DNA from: Candidatus Magasanikiibacteriota bacterium
GTDB taxonomy: Bacteria; Patescibacteriota; Patescibacteriia; Magasanikbacterales; GWA2-37-8
DNA length: 64,000 nt
NCBI GenBank assembly: GCA_046590235.1
Contig: JBKJTY010000032.1
Span: 6,834 to 70,833, forward strand
Reading direction: 5' to 3'
The notes below the pieces were generated by a model that did not search any database, was not told the origin of the DNA, and worked only from the letters and a program-made list of their open reading frames with translations. Positions 48,128 through 57,864 of the stretch are shown piece after piece (position 1 is the stretch's first letter; each line of letters begins with the position of its first letter). Position numbers and translations under genes: made by a program.

Positions 48128-49021
48128 ATGCTCTCATTCAAAGTAGTAACCGACCTTGAAGAAGCAAAAAAATGGTGGGAAATGTTTTCACCAAAGTTGA
48201 ATGTCTATGATAATTGGGAGTTTCGCGCTTCTTTTCATAGTCATTTTAATAATCCGTTGCATTTTATCATTGGGTACGAAACAGAAACTCCGGTAGGCTT
48301 ATTACCGCTTCAAAAACACTTCGAAGGACAGTACCTCGAATTCTTTGGCGGTGCCTACATGGAAGATAATCGTATTTTTTTGAAGCCCGGTTTTGAACAA
48401 TACACTTCCGAATTCTTCGCAAGCATTACTGTGCCGGCAAAACTCGATTTTATACTTGGCACTGATGAATTTACAAACGCTTTACCCATTCGCGATCAAA
48501 AATACACTCTTCAACTGACAGACTACGGCGACTATGAAGGCTACTTCATAAATGCTTTTAGCAGCAAGACTCGTGCCAACATTAAAAAACAGCTAGCGGC
48601 AATTACCGAAGCTGACATCACTGTTGTAACCAGTCGTTTTTCAGATATTGATCAGATCTTTGCGCTCAATATTGCTACGTTTGGCGGCGAATCAACATTC
48701 CACTTCCCAAAACGACAAGATCAATTGCGTGGTATTTTGAAACTTGATGAAACACAATCGCATCTCCTTTCGTTCATGCAAAACGGACAAGTTGTTGGTG
48801 CTTCCTTGATGATCCAACACGGTGATTACTTCGCTTATTTAAACGCCGGTTCAAAGGCGCAAGAAATCCCAAACTTGGGAACGTTTATTTATTTCAAAAA
48901 CATTGAACTCGCCTTTCAATTACAAGCAAAAATGCTTGATGCCCGCGCCGGATCATTTAATTGGAAAGAGCGATTGCATTTCACTCCACATCGGCAGCAT
49001 TATTTTTTTAACCAAGCCTAA
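48128..49021 (+). CDS. GNAT/Fem-like acyltransferase, paralog 1
   Basis: LEFFGGAYMEDNR, FSSKTRANIKK, YLNAG, LDARAGSFNWKER. Confidence 0.7.
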   Translation: MLSFKVVTDLEEAKKWWEMFSPKLNVYDNWEFRASFHSHFNNPLHFIIGYETETPVGLLPLQKHFEGQYLEFFGGAYMEDNRIFLKPGFEQYTSEFFASITVPAKLDFILGTDEFTNALPIRDQKYTLQLTDYGDYEGYFINAFSSKTRANIKKQLAAITEADITVVTSRFSDIDQIFALNIATFGGESTFHFPKRQDQLRGILKLDETQSHLLSFMQNGQVVGASLMIQHGDYFAYLNAGSKAQEIPNLGTFIYFKNIELAFQLQAKMLDARAGSFNWKERLHFTPHRQHYFFNQA

Positions 49022-49023
49022 GT

Positions 49024-49935
49024 ATGAACCAGCTTACTTTTAAGGTTATTAAAGACGTTGCTGAAGCTGAAAAGCTTTGGAAATTACTGTCGCCGGCAGA
49101 AACTATTTTTGATGATTGGGATTTTCGTGCTGATTGGCATCGCCACCAACAACAGGAACTCTATTTCATTGCCGGCTATGATGGCACAACCCCTATTGGC
49201 TTACTTGGCCTCCAATATAACGCCACACGCAGCTGTATTGAAGCATTTGGTAGTAACTACATGGAAGATAATCGAGTATTTATCAAGCCAGGTTATGAAG
49301 CACAGATTCCCGGCTTTTACGAACAGGCAAAAACCCTTGGCAAACCGATTAATGTAGAGTATATCCGCGGTAATGATCCGTTTACCATTTCCCTTCCGCT
49401 TGACGGCTATAAATATGTCTTACCGATTGATTTTAAGACAACCGACGAATATACCGAAAAACTTTTTAGCGGGGAAACTCGTAAAAAGCTGATGAAGCGT
49501 ATTAAAAAAGTGTCTGAATTAGGTCTCACTATTACTGAAAATGACTTTGCTGATATTCCATTATTCATGCAATGGAACGTGAATGCCTTTGGTGGCGAAG
49601 CAGCGTTTGAAGACCGTCCGCATCGTAATGAAATTTTTACCGACTTACTCACCAAATCACACGCGACTTTCAAACCCAGCCTACTTACCTTCCGTATTGG
49701 CGGTGAGATCCAAGCGATAACGATGGGTTTGGTGTATAATGGCCATACTTATTGTTCCGTCAACCGAGGCTTTAACCCAACAGCTGACAAAAACTTACGC
49801 GAACTGGTACATTTAAAAAAGGTAGAAGACGCTCTCAAACACAACTGCACATCCTTTGATGCTTTTGCGGGTGACTACGGTTGGAAAGAACGCTGGGGGT
49901 GTCAAAAAATCGCACAATATAAATTTATTGCCTAA
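49024..49935 (+). CDS. GNAT/Fem-like acyltransferase, paralog 2
   Basis: FGSNYMEDNR, FSGETRKK, FDAFAGDYGWKERW. Confidence 0.7.
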   Translation: MNQLTFKVIKDVAEAEKLWKLLSPAETIFDDWDFRADWHRHQQQELYFIAGYDGTTPIGLLGLQYNATRSCIEAFGSNYMEDNRVFIKPGYEAQIPGFYEQAKTLGKPINVEYIRGNDPFTISLPLDGYKYVLPIDFKTTDEYTEKLFSGETRKKLMKRIKKVSELGLTITENDFADIPLFMQWNVNAFGGEAAFEDRPHRNEIFTDLLTKSHATFKPSLLTFRIGGEIQAITMGLVYNGHTYCSVNRGFNPTADKNLRELVHLKKVEDALKHNCTSFDAFAGDYGWKERWGCQKIAQYKFIA

Positions 49936-49944
49936 CTCAATCCT

Positions 49945-50853
49945 GTGATCACTATTCGCTGTATTAAAAACTTTGACGAAGCAGAGGAGCTTTGGCGGCG
50001 CCTTAGCCCTAACGCTAGTCTTTTTGACGCTTGGGAATTACGTTACTGTTCCTACAAGCATACCAACGACGAACTTTTTTTCTATACCGCTTTTGACGGA
50101 GACGAACCAGTTGCCCTTCTCCCGTTACAGTTAACTACCGCTAAAGGTTACTTAGAATTTTTTGGCGGTGTCATGATGGAAGATAATCGTTTCTTTTATA
50201 CACCGGGCCACGAAGCCGTATTGTCACACTTAGTTGCGGCAATCCAACAACCCGCCCGACTTTGCTACATGGTTGGCTCTGATCCATTTACCACCTCACT
50301 CACCCCGATGGAAGACGGTAAGTATGTACTTAACCTCACTGAGCATCCAAGCACTGATGAGTACATTCAACATGTTTTTAGCGGTGAAACAAAAAAGAAA
50401 TTTATTAAACGAATACGTAAAGTGGCGGAGACTGGTGATGTAACAATCGCTCGCGGTCACGCTCCCGATTTAGAATTATTATTTGAGTTTAATATTAAGA
50501 AGTTTAAAAACGCCTCCATCTTTAACCTGCCTTTCCGTAAAGACATTTACCGCGAAATGTTTACTGCGTTCCCATCATCGCTTTTGACCTATAGTGTTGG
50601 CGGACAGAAGCAGGCAGTGGGATTTGGTGTCATTTATAACCATGGATTCTATTCGTTTAACACCAGCGTTAATCCAGGATCACTTCCAGACCTGAGCACC
50701 TACGTCAGAATTAACAAAATAGACGAAGCGATCGCCCTCGGAGCCACACTGTATGACGCGATGGCAGACGATCTTGGCTGGAAACGAAACTGGCACTTAA
50801 CGATGGTTCCTCTCTACGAAATAATTCTCCCAAATAAAAACCGACCGCTGTAA
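49945..50853 (+). CDS. GNAT/Fem-like acyltransferase, paralog 3
   Basis: LEFFGGVMMEDNR, FSGETKKK, YDAMADDLGWKRNW; GTG start. Confidence 0.7.
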   Translation: MITIRCIKNFDEAEELWRRLSPNASLFDAWELRYCSYKHTNDELFFYTAFDGDEPVALLPLQLTTAKGYLEFFGGVMMEDNRFFYTPGHEAVLSHLVAAIQQPARLCYMVGSDPFTTSLTPMEDGKYVLNLTEHPSTDEYIQHVFSGETKKKFIKRIRKVAETGDVTIARGHAPDLELLFEFNIKKFKNASIFNLPFRKDIYREMFTAFPSSLLTYSVGGQKQAVGFGVIYNHGFYSFNTSVNPGSLPDLSTYVRINKIDEAIALGATLYDAMADDLGWKRNWHLTMVPLYEIILPNKNRPL

Positions 50854-50867
50854 ACGGCCGGTTTTTT
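50836..50867 (+). terminator. Terminator closing the ATP-grasp/GNAT operon
   Basis: AAAAACCGACCG...CGGCCGGTTTTTT. Confidence 0.7.
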
Positions 50868-50939
50868 ATTATGCTTATAATTGTTTGGTGAGTTTACGAC
50901 TTGTTTTTCTATATATCCTATTTATGGTATACTATTACT

Positions 50940-52025
50940 ATGAATGAATTTATTACACCTGCACTTGCCGCACTGCTGATTGTTGTCGCAGGATTTTTTT
51001 ATTTGTTTACCAAAAAAGCATCCTACACTAAAACAAGTGGAGGAGCTACGCCGTTTCTAAACCAGTACACTACTGATTACACTCTTTTAGCAGCACAAGG
51101 AAAGATTGACAGCGTCATTGGACGTGATAATGAGATCAGAAAACTGACTCAAGTGTTGTCTCGTCGCGGCAAAAATAACGCTTTGCTTGTTGGTGACCCT
51201 GGTGTTGGTAAAACCGCCATTGTTGAAGGCTTGGCTCAACGGATTATTAGCGAAGAAATCCCTCAAACCTTACATAATAAACGTGTTTTAGCGTTAGACG
51301 TCACTCATTTACTATCCGGTACAAAATATCGTGGTGAATTTGAAGAGCGTGCAAAGAAAATTGTTCATGAAATCACTGCTTCCGAACGTTCTATCATCCT
51401 CTTTATCGACGAGGTGCATGCCGTAATCCAATCACAAGGCACAGAGGGCTCAATTAACTTTTCTGACATCTTAAAACCAGCTTTAGCACGTGGTGATTTA
51501 CAACTAATCGGTGCTACAACCCATGAAGAATACGAAAAGTACATCAAAACTGATCTTAGTTTGGAGCGCCGCTTCCAACCTATTGATGTTGAAGAGCCAA
51601 CCGCTGAAGAAACACTTACTATTTTAGAACGAGTAAAAGATAAGTATCGTGATTACCACAAAGTGGAATTTACCGATGCGGCACTAAAACAAGCCGTAAA
51701 ACTCTCTCAAAAGCTTATTAAGGACCGCAGACTACCTGACAAAGCGCTCGACGCGCTTGACGAAGCCGGTGCTATGGTCCGTATTAGCCACCTCCACCCA
51801 GTTGTCGCCCCTCTTCTCTACCAGACTGCTGTTTCTGCACATCCAGAAGTGGCTACTTTATGGAAACAAGTTCAAGATTTGGATGATAAAATAATGCGTG
51901 AACCACATAATGCTAAAAAATTATCATTAAGACGCGAAAGGATTGAAGAAACGCTTCGTACAGTAAGCGTTATTGCAGTTGATACCGATGATGTCCAAAA
52001 AGTTATTAAAGAATGGTTATTTTAA
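50940..52025 (+). CDS. ClpA/B/C-like ATPase, first AAA+ module only, with N-terminal TM anchor
   Basis: VIGRDNEI, GDPGVGKT, KYRGEFEER, LFIDEVH, IGATT, ERRFQ, LPDKALD; start at MNEF (50940). Confidence 0.85.
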   Translation: MNEFITPALAALLIVVAGFFYLFTKKASYTKTSGGATPFLNQYTTDYTLLAAQGKIDSVIGRDNEIRKLTQVLSRRGKNNALLVGDPGVGKTAIVEGLAQRIISEEIPQTLHNKRVLALDVTHLLSGTKYRGEFEERAKKIVHEITASERSIILFIDEVHAVIQSQGTEGSINFSDILKPALARGDLQLIGATTHEEYEKYIKTDLSLERRFQPIDVEEPTAEETLTILERVKDKYRDYHKVEFTDAALKQAVKLSQKLIKDRRLPDKALDALDEAGAMVRISHLHPVVAPLLYQTAVSAHPEVATLWKQVQDLDDKIMREPHNAKKLSLRRERIEETLRTVSVIAVDTDDVQKVIKEWLF

Positions 52026-52055
52026 TTTTTATTACTTCAAGAAAGATTATTTATT

Positions 52056-54893
52056 ATGCCTCCATCAATAAAATCAGCAGGGACTTCGTCCACAAAAACG
52101 CAATCACAGACCACCACCTCACTACAGCTTATTTTGGCTATAGCACTTCTTGCAATCTCGGGCAGTGCAGCATTCGTTACTGCTCCATCAATTAACGTAT
52201 CATCCAACCTTACTTGTAAAGATACCGACGGTGGCAACATGCCAAATGTTTTTGGTGAAATTGTTATAACCAACAAACTTACCAATGTCCGCAAGACGGT
52301 AGCTGCTGATACTTGTATTTCAGACCTCATCATCTCCGAAACAATCTGTAACGCAAAAGAAAAAAGCGGCCATTCTACTGCACCTTCCAAATGTTCCAAT
52401 GGTACATGCCAAAAAGGTGTTTGCGTCCCTACTAAAGTAGCGCCTCCGTTACCTGTAACTAGTTTTAATTTTTTAAAACATCCGAGTTCAACACCTATTA
52501 CCGTTCTTCCAAGCATGTCGAACGTGATATTAGGCCGTTTTATCGCCCGCTCTACGGGAGCTGAAGTCATTTTAGGTGAAATCGGATTAAGTTTTGTAGT
52601 TAATAAACCAAATCTTTTGTACGGTAATTATGTCGTAAAGCTTAACGGCACACCAATTAGCACAGATGCTGTTACCAGAATTGCTAATTCTGGCTCTCAA
52701 CTAACAACTATAACACTTACCACTCAACGTGCCCTGCCAATCGGTGATAATACTATTACCGTGGAGGCTTCCATAGGTAGCTCTGCCATGAATGGCGGAG
52801 TAATCCTCACTTATCTTGATTTAAGTAAGATAAAACAAGTGGGGGCCGGACAAATGTATTATGACCCGGGTGTGCAGTCGCTCAGTAGTGATGCGGTTAC
52901 CGTTCAAACAGGTGCACTCCAGGTTACAACTTTACCAAGCCCTCCTGCGCAAACCGTAGAAGTTGGCACAAGCAATGTTACTCTAGCAATGTTTGAACTT
53001 AATGCCGGCACAGTTTCGTCTGGTGATGATGTAAAGGTTACCAAGCTAATTTTTACCGACAAATTAGGTGGCACAGCTGCTTTTACCAATATTCGTAATT
53101 TAGTTTTACTCGACCAATCCGGCAACCCACTAGCTACATCAGCTGCTACAACTGTTAATAGCGCTGCTACTACCTTTACCCTTGTTAATCCTCTTATTGT
53201 TCCAAAGACTGGTTCTCTAACCCTCACCTTAAAGGGTGATGTTGTTGGTGGAACAAATGGCACACACACCTTTAGCATCTCCAGTGTTGCTAATGTTAAA
53301 GCCCAAGAAAAAAGTACAGGAAACTTGATTTCTCCAGTACTGGGTACCGGCGCTGGTCAAATGATTACCCTTAAAGTTACTCCACCGCCAGTAGCTGGCG
53401 CTGGTGCTTTACGAGTCACCACACTATCAACGCCGCCAGCACAAACTGTAGCTATTAATAGTACCAACGTTGTTTTGGCCATGATAGAACTTAATGCTTT
53501 AGCTGTTTCTTCCGGTGAAGATGTTAGAATAAGTAAGGTAGTAGTAAATGACAAGTTAACTGGTGCTGCGCAATTTTCAGATATTGGTAACTTAGTTATC
53601 TATGACCCAAATGGAAACCCACTACTTACAACCGGTAATACAGCAATGAATTCAGCAACAACCGCTTTCACTTTTGTAACTCCTTTGGCAGTGCCTAAAT
53701 CAGGATCAATTACACTTACTCTTAAAGCGGATATTATTGGCGGGGTAGGCGGAACTCACACCTTTAGTGCAAGTAGCCAGTCGTCAGACATGGTTGCTGT
53801 CGGGAAGGTAAGCGGTAACACAATTATCCCTACCTTTGGTACTGGTACCGGTCAACCGATTACTATCGATAATAGTTCACCTAATCTAGCATTTTCACTT
53901 GTATCTGGAAGTAACGCTAGCCCAAGCCTTAGCCAGAATGTTATCCTCGATCAGAAAAATGTACCTGTTTTTGCTTTCAAAATGACAGCCTTAACAGAAC
54001 CGATCAAACTGACTTCGCTCAAACTTACAGCTGCTGGAAAAATTAGTCCTTATGATTTTGTTAATATCCGCCTATATAGAAACAATGAAACAACTCCCTT
54101 TGCTTCTGCTTCCCAACTTTCTCCATGTACAAGCAGCGGCTGTTCCTTTACTTGGCTAGCTACTGATAATTTATTACCAAACCCTATTCAACTGGGGGCG
54201 CCTGTAACAGTGTATGTTAAAGCCGACATTGGCCCAGTAGGTGCGGCGGCACTTGGTGACAGTGTTGTCTTTTCACTAACTGACGCAACCAGCGTTTCAG
54301 CTAAGGGTACTGTCTCGGGAATAAACGCTAACGCACAAGGTTTACCTATTCGGTCAGCCGGCACTCTCTTTATTAACCCGTTCAGTGTTACAATGTCGCC
54401 AGACTATCCTTCTTCTGGATCGAGTCAAACTCTCGCAATCATAAACAACAGTCCAATTGCTCGTTTTAAAATAACGAATAATGGTACAGCAAAAATCTCT
54501 CTTGAACGAATTGCTTTCACCGATTTAGGAACGCACACTGGTAACACCACATTGTACAGCTTAAAATACTCTCACCAAAATAGTTCAAATAGTCCGGTTA
54601 ATACTGCTATCGCTTCAAATAACGACGGATTAAATTTCAATCTTCCAGAAGATAAAATCACTATTGATGGTGGCGCGTACCGCTACATTACTGTAAGTAT
54701 CGCAAACATTGGCGGTGCTGTTTCTGAAGATGCGTGGCAACTTTCTATCAAACCAATCGACAATGTTTGGTTCAGTGCTTTAGAAGCTGACCTTGGTTAC
54801 GACGCTAACGGCTCCGGAACACTTTCTGGCAAAACCACCCATTTATATCCTGATGGTGGCAACCAAATGGTTGGAGCTATCGTAAAACAATAA
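52056..54893 (+). CDS. Large secreted/surface protein with a Cys-rich module and repeated beta-sandwich domains
   Basis: Hydrophobic N-terminal segment, CKDTDGG Cys module, T/S/G-rich repeats starting GAL(Q/R)VTTL. Confidence 0.8.
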   Translation: MPPSIKSAGTSSTKTQSQTTTSLQLILAIALLAISGSAAFVTAPSINVSSNLTCKDTDGGNMPNVFGEIVITNKLTNVRKTVAADTCISDLIISETICNAKEKSGHSTAPSKCSNGTCQKGVCVPTKVAPPLPVTSFNFLKHPSSTPITVLPSMSNVILGRFIARSTGAEVILGEIGLSFVVNKPNLLYGNYVVKLNGTPISTDAVTRIANSGSQLTTITLTTQRALPIGDNTITVEASIGSSAMNGGVILTYLDLSKIKQVGAGQMYYDPGVQSLSSDAVTVQTGALQVTTLPSPPAQTVEVGTSNVTLAMFELNAGTVSSGDDVKVTKLIFTDKLGGTAAFTNIRNLVLLDQSGNPLATSAATTVNSAATTFTLVNPLIVPKTGSLTLTLKGDVVGGTNGTHTFSISSVANVKAQEKSTGNLISPVLGTGAGQMITLKVTPPPVAGAGALRVTTLSTPPAQTVAINSTNVVLAMIELNALAVSSGEDVRISKVVVNDKLTGAAQFSDIGNLVIYDPNGNPLLTTGNTAMNSATTAFTFVTPLAVPKSGSITLTLKADIIGGVGGTHTFSASSQSSDMVAVGKVSGNTIIPTFGTGTGQPITIDNSSPNLAFSLVSGSNASPSLSQNVILDQKNVPVFAFKMTALTEPIKLTSLKLTAAGKISPYDFVNIRLYRNNETTPFASASQLSPCTSSGCSFTWLATDNLLPNPIQLGAPVTVYVKADIGPVGAAALGDSVVFSLTDATSVSAKGTVSGINANAQGLPIRSAGTLFINPFSVTMSPDYPSSGSSQTLAIINNSPIARFKITNNGTAKISLERIAFTDLGTHTGNTTLYSLKYSHQNSSNSPVNTAIASNNDGLNFNLPEDKITIDGGAYRYITVSIANIGGAVSEDAWQLSIKPIDNVWFSALEADLGYDANGSGTLSGKTTHLYPDGGNQMVGAIVKQ

Positions 54894-54902
54894 TTTGTAA
54901 AC

Positions 54903-54933
54903 AAAAAACCCAGTCACATCGACTGGGTTTTTT
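54903..54933. terminator. Bidirectional terminator
   Basis: AAAAAACCCAGTC-ACATC-GACTGGGTTTTTT. Confidence 0.8.
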
Positions 54934-54941
54934 AATTCATA

Positions 54942-57860
54942 CTATTTTACTAAGCTCACTTTTAACTTTTGTCCATCAACATCAAGTTCTACCCCATCAT
55001 TCTGTTTCTCAACTAATTCTTTAGCTGAGACATTCTTTAGTAGTTCGACTACTGATTCTTTAATAAGAGCTTTGATGTCTGCACTTGAGGTTTCGTATTC
55101 GATTACGACCTTGTCTTCGATAGTTAATTTTTGTTCTTTGCGTAATTGATTGATAGTACGAATAATTTCGCGCAATGTACCCTCTTTTTTAAGTTCAGGT
55201 GTGATTTCTGTATTGAGGGCGACAGTGAACTGATTTTCTGTCTTTGTTTTCCATTGTGTACCAGAAGGATTCTTTGCTGCATTCACAATGACAGCAGACT
55301 TCACATTCAACTCATCGGCGATAATCGTTAGCATATCTTTATGCAACTCACCACCAACATCAGACCAAACAGTTTCAATTGCACTGATCGTAAATTCACC
55401 GAGTGCTTGGCGCACCTTCATACCTGTTTCAGCACGAAGGGCTAAGCCGTATTCAACTAGTTTACGCACAGTTCCCATCTGCTGCAGTAATGCTGTATCA
55501 AGTGCTTTCTTGTTAACCGTCGGCCAAACTTCTAGATGCACACTCTTGTTTTCGCCTTCTAATGTTTGGAAGATTTTTTCTGCAATGAAAGGTGTAAACG
55601 GCGCCATAACTTTGGATAGCGTCAATAAAACTTCACGAAGCGTACCGAGCGCTGCCTGCTTGTCGTCAGCGTCATCACCTTTGAAACGATCACGTGAACG
55701 GCGGACATACCATTGTGATAATTCGGTGACAAATTCAAGGATCGGACGCGGAGCTTGAGCTAATTCGTAGCGCTCCATATGCTCAGTTACATCGCTCACG
55801 AGTGTCTCGAGCTTTGCCATGACCCATCGATCAAGCACATGGGTGTCATTCCCGCGCAGGCGGGAATCCAGGATACCATCACCGGCAAACATGCTGTAAA
55901 ATTCGAGCACGTTGGTCGTAGTGTTGATCAATTTACTGAAAACTTCACGCACACCCGCCTCAGTAAAATTTAGAGCTTCAGCTGCCACGACCGGTGAAGA
56001 CATCAAGTAAAAACGTAGCGCGTCAGCACCATACTTTTCGAGTACCATGTTTGGATCTGGATAGTTCTGCAACTTTTTACTCATCTTTTTACCATCTTCA
56101 GCGAGTACGATACCATTCACAATGACATTCTCAAACGCCACTTTTCCAAATAGAGCGGTGCCTAGTACATGTAGGTAATAAAACCACGCACGTGTCTGGT
56201 CCTGACCTTCCGCGATGAACTGCGCTGGAAAAGTATCATCAAATTTTTTCTTATTTTCGTATGGGTAGTGCACCTGCGCGTACGGCATGGAACCGGAATC
56301 AAACCAGGTATCAAGCACATCTGGAATACGCTTCATCGTGCCACCGCATTTACATGGGAACATGACTGCATCCATAACATGTTTATGCAGGTCGGTGACT
56401 TTTTGTCCGCTTACTTTTTCAAGTTCAGCAGCTGAACCAAATGCTTCAAACTTTTTACACTCACCGCACTTCCACACCGGCATCACACTCGCCCAAAAAC
56501 GCTGGCGAGAGATAGACCAGTCGCGCGCACCCTCGAGCCATTTACCAAAACGACCTTCTTTAATATGCTCCGGTGACCAATTAATGTTTTTAGCAAGCTT
56601 GAGAGCTTTATCTTTAACTTCAGTCACTTTTACAAACCATGACGATGTTGCATAGTTCAAAAGCGGGGTGTCACAACGCCAGCAATGTGGGTAACTATGT
56701 ACGAGATTTTGCTTCAAGAAAAATAAATTGTGTTCTTGAAGATAGCGGATAATATTAATATCTGTTGCAAGGCGCACCTTATCGTCATCTGAACGTGGCT
56801 TCACTTCCTGCCCAGCAAAATCAGTCACTTCCGGCTTGAAGCGACCATCCATACCAACATGTTGCACGAGCGGAACCTGTTCACGCTTACCGACTTTAAA
56901 GTCGTCTTCACCGAACGCTGGAGCGATATGCACGACACCAGTACCGTCAGTCGTTGTAACGAAATCACCAGCTACGATACGGAAGGCGTTTTTAGTATCT
57001 TTGTAATATGGGAAGAGTGGATTGTATGATTTACCAACTAAGTCTTTAGTTTTTACAAACTTCGTCTCCCCTGTTAATTTCATTCGAGCAAAAGCAGTTT
57101 TTTCAAGGATATATGTTTCCGTTTTTCCCGCTTCAGTGGTGGCGGTGTATGAAACATATTCCAAATCTGGACCAACCGCGAGCGCAACGTTGCCTGGCAA
57201 CGTCCAAGGAGTGGTTGTCCAAGCAAGCACAAACGTACCTGGCTGTTCCACGAGCTCAAATTTCACAAACACCGAAATATCTTTTACATCCTTATACCCT
57301 TCGCTCACCTCTTGTTGCGACAGCGTCGTTTCGCAACGCGGACAAATATGCATGGTGCGATAATCTTCGTAGACCAACCCCTTGTCCCACAGCTGCTTGA
57401 ATACCCACCAGACCGATTCCATATACTCAATATCCATGGTCTTGTACGCATTTTTCATATCCACCCAGCGACCGAGACGGCGAATGGTTTTTTCCCAATC
57501 CTCAACATAGCCGAGCACTTTCGAGCGACAGAGTTCATTAAATTTTGCCACACCCATGGCTTCAATTTCTTTTTTTGTTTTAGTACCGAGTTCTTTTTCA
57601 ACGATATTCTCGATAGGTAGCCCGTGACAATCCCAGCCCCATTTGCGCTCCACCTGGTACCCACGCATTGTGAAATAGCGCGGCACAACATCTTTCATAG
57701 CCGAGCCGACAAGGTGACCATAGTGAGGAGAGCCGGTCGCAAATGGCGGACCATCATAAAAGACATACGGCTTGCCTTTACGGGCGACGGATTTTTCGAA
57801 AGTTTGGTCTTTATCCCAGAACTCGAGGATTTTTTGTTCTTCAAGGTTGGCGTTATACAT
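54942..57860 (-). CDS. ileS: Isoleucyl-tRNA synthetase (type 2-like)
   Basis: DGPPFATGSPHYGH, GWDCHGLP, WTTTPWTLP, DWSISRQRFW, KMSKK; true start MYNAN (57860). Confidence 0.97.
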   Translation of the reverse strand: MYNANLEEQKILEFWDKDQTFEKSVARKGKPYVFYDGPPFATGSPHYGHLVGSAMKDVVPRYFTMRGYQVERKWGWDCHGLPIENIVEKELGTKTKKEIEAMGVAKFNELCRSKVLGYVEDWEKTIRRLGRWVDMKNAYKTMDIEYMESVWWVFKQLWDKGLVYEDYRTMHICPRCETTLSQQEVSEGYKDVKDISVFVKFELVEQPGTFVLAWTTTPWTLPGNVALAVGPDLEYVSYTATTEAGKTETYILEKTAFARMKLTGETKFVKTKDLVGKSYNPLFPYYKDTKNAFRIVAGDFVTTTDGTGVVHIAPAFGEDDFKVGKREQVPLVQHVGMDGRFKPEVTDFAGQEVKPRSDDDKVRLATDINIIRYLQEHNLFFLKQNLVHSYPHCWRCDTPLLNYATSSWFVKVTEVKDKALKLAKNINWSPEHIKEGRFGKWLEGARDWSISRQRFWASVMPVWKCGECKKFEAFGSAAELEKVSGQKVTDLHKHVMDAVMFPCKCGGTMKRIPDVLDTWFDSGSMPYAQVHYPYENKKKFDDTFPAQFIAEGQDQTRAWFYYLHVLGTALFGKVAFENVIVNGIVLAEDGKKMSKKLQNYPDPNMVLEKYGADALRFYLMSSPVVAAEALNFTEAGVREVFSKLINTTTNVLEFYSMFAGDGILDSRLRGNDTHVLDRWVMAKLETLVSDVTEHMERYELAQAPRPILEFVTELSQWYVRRSRDRFKGDDADDKQAALGTLREVLLTLSKVMAPFTPFIAEKIFQTLEGENKSVHLEVWPTVNKKALDTALLQQMGTVRKLVEYGLALRAETGMKVRQALGEFTISAIETVWSDVGGELHKDMLTIIADELNVKSAVIVNAAKNPSGTQWKTKTENQFTVALNTEITPELKKEGTLREIIRTINQLRKEQKLTIEDKVVIEYETSSADIKALIKESVVELLKNVSAKELVEKQNDGVELDVDGQKLKVSLVK
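55844..55873. repeat. Palindromic element inserted in frame within ileS
   Basis: TGTCATTCCCGCGCAGGCGGGAATCCAGGA, translated as ILDSRLRGNDT; same element at 26974. Confidence 0.75.
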
Positions 57861-57864
57861 AAGA

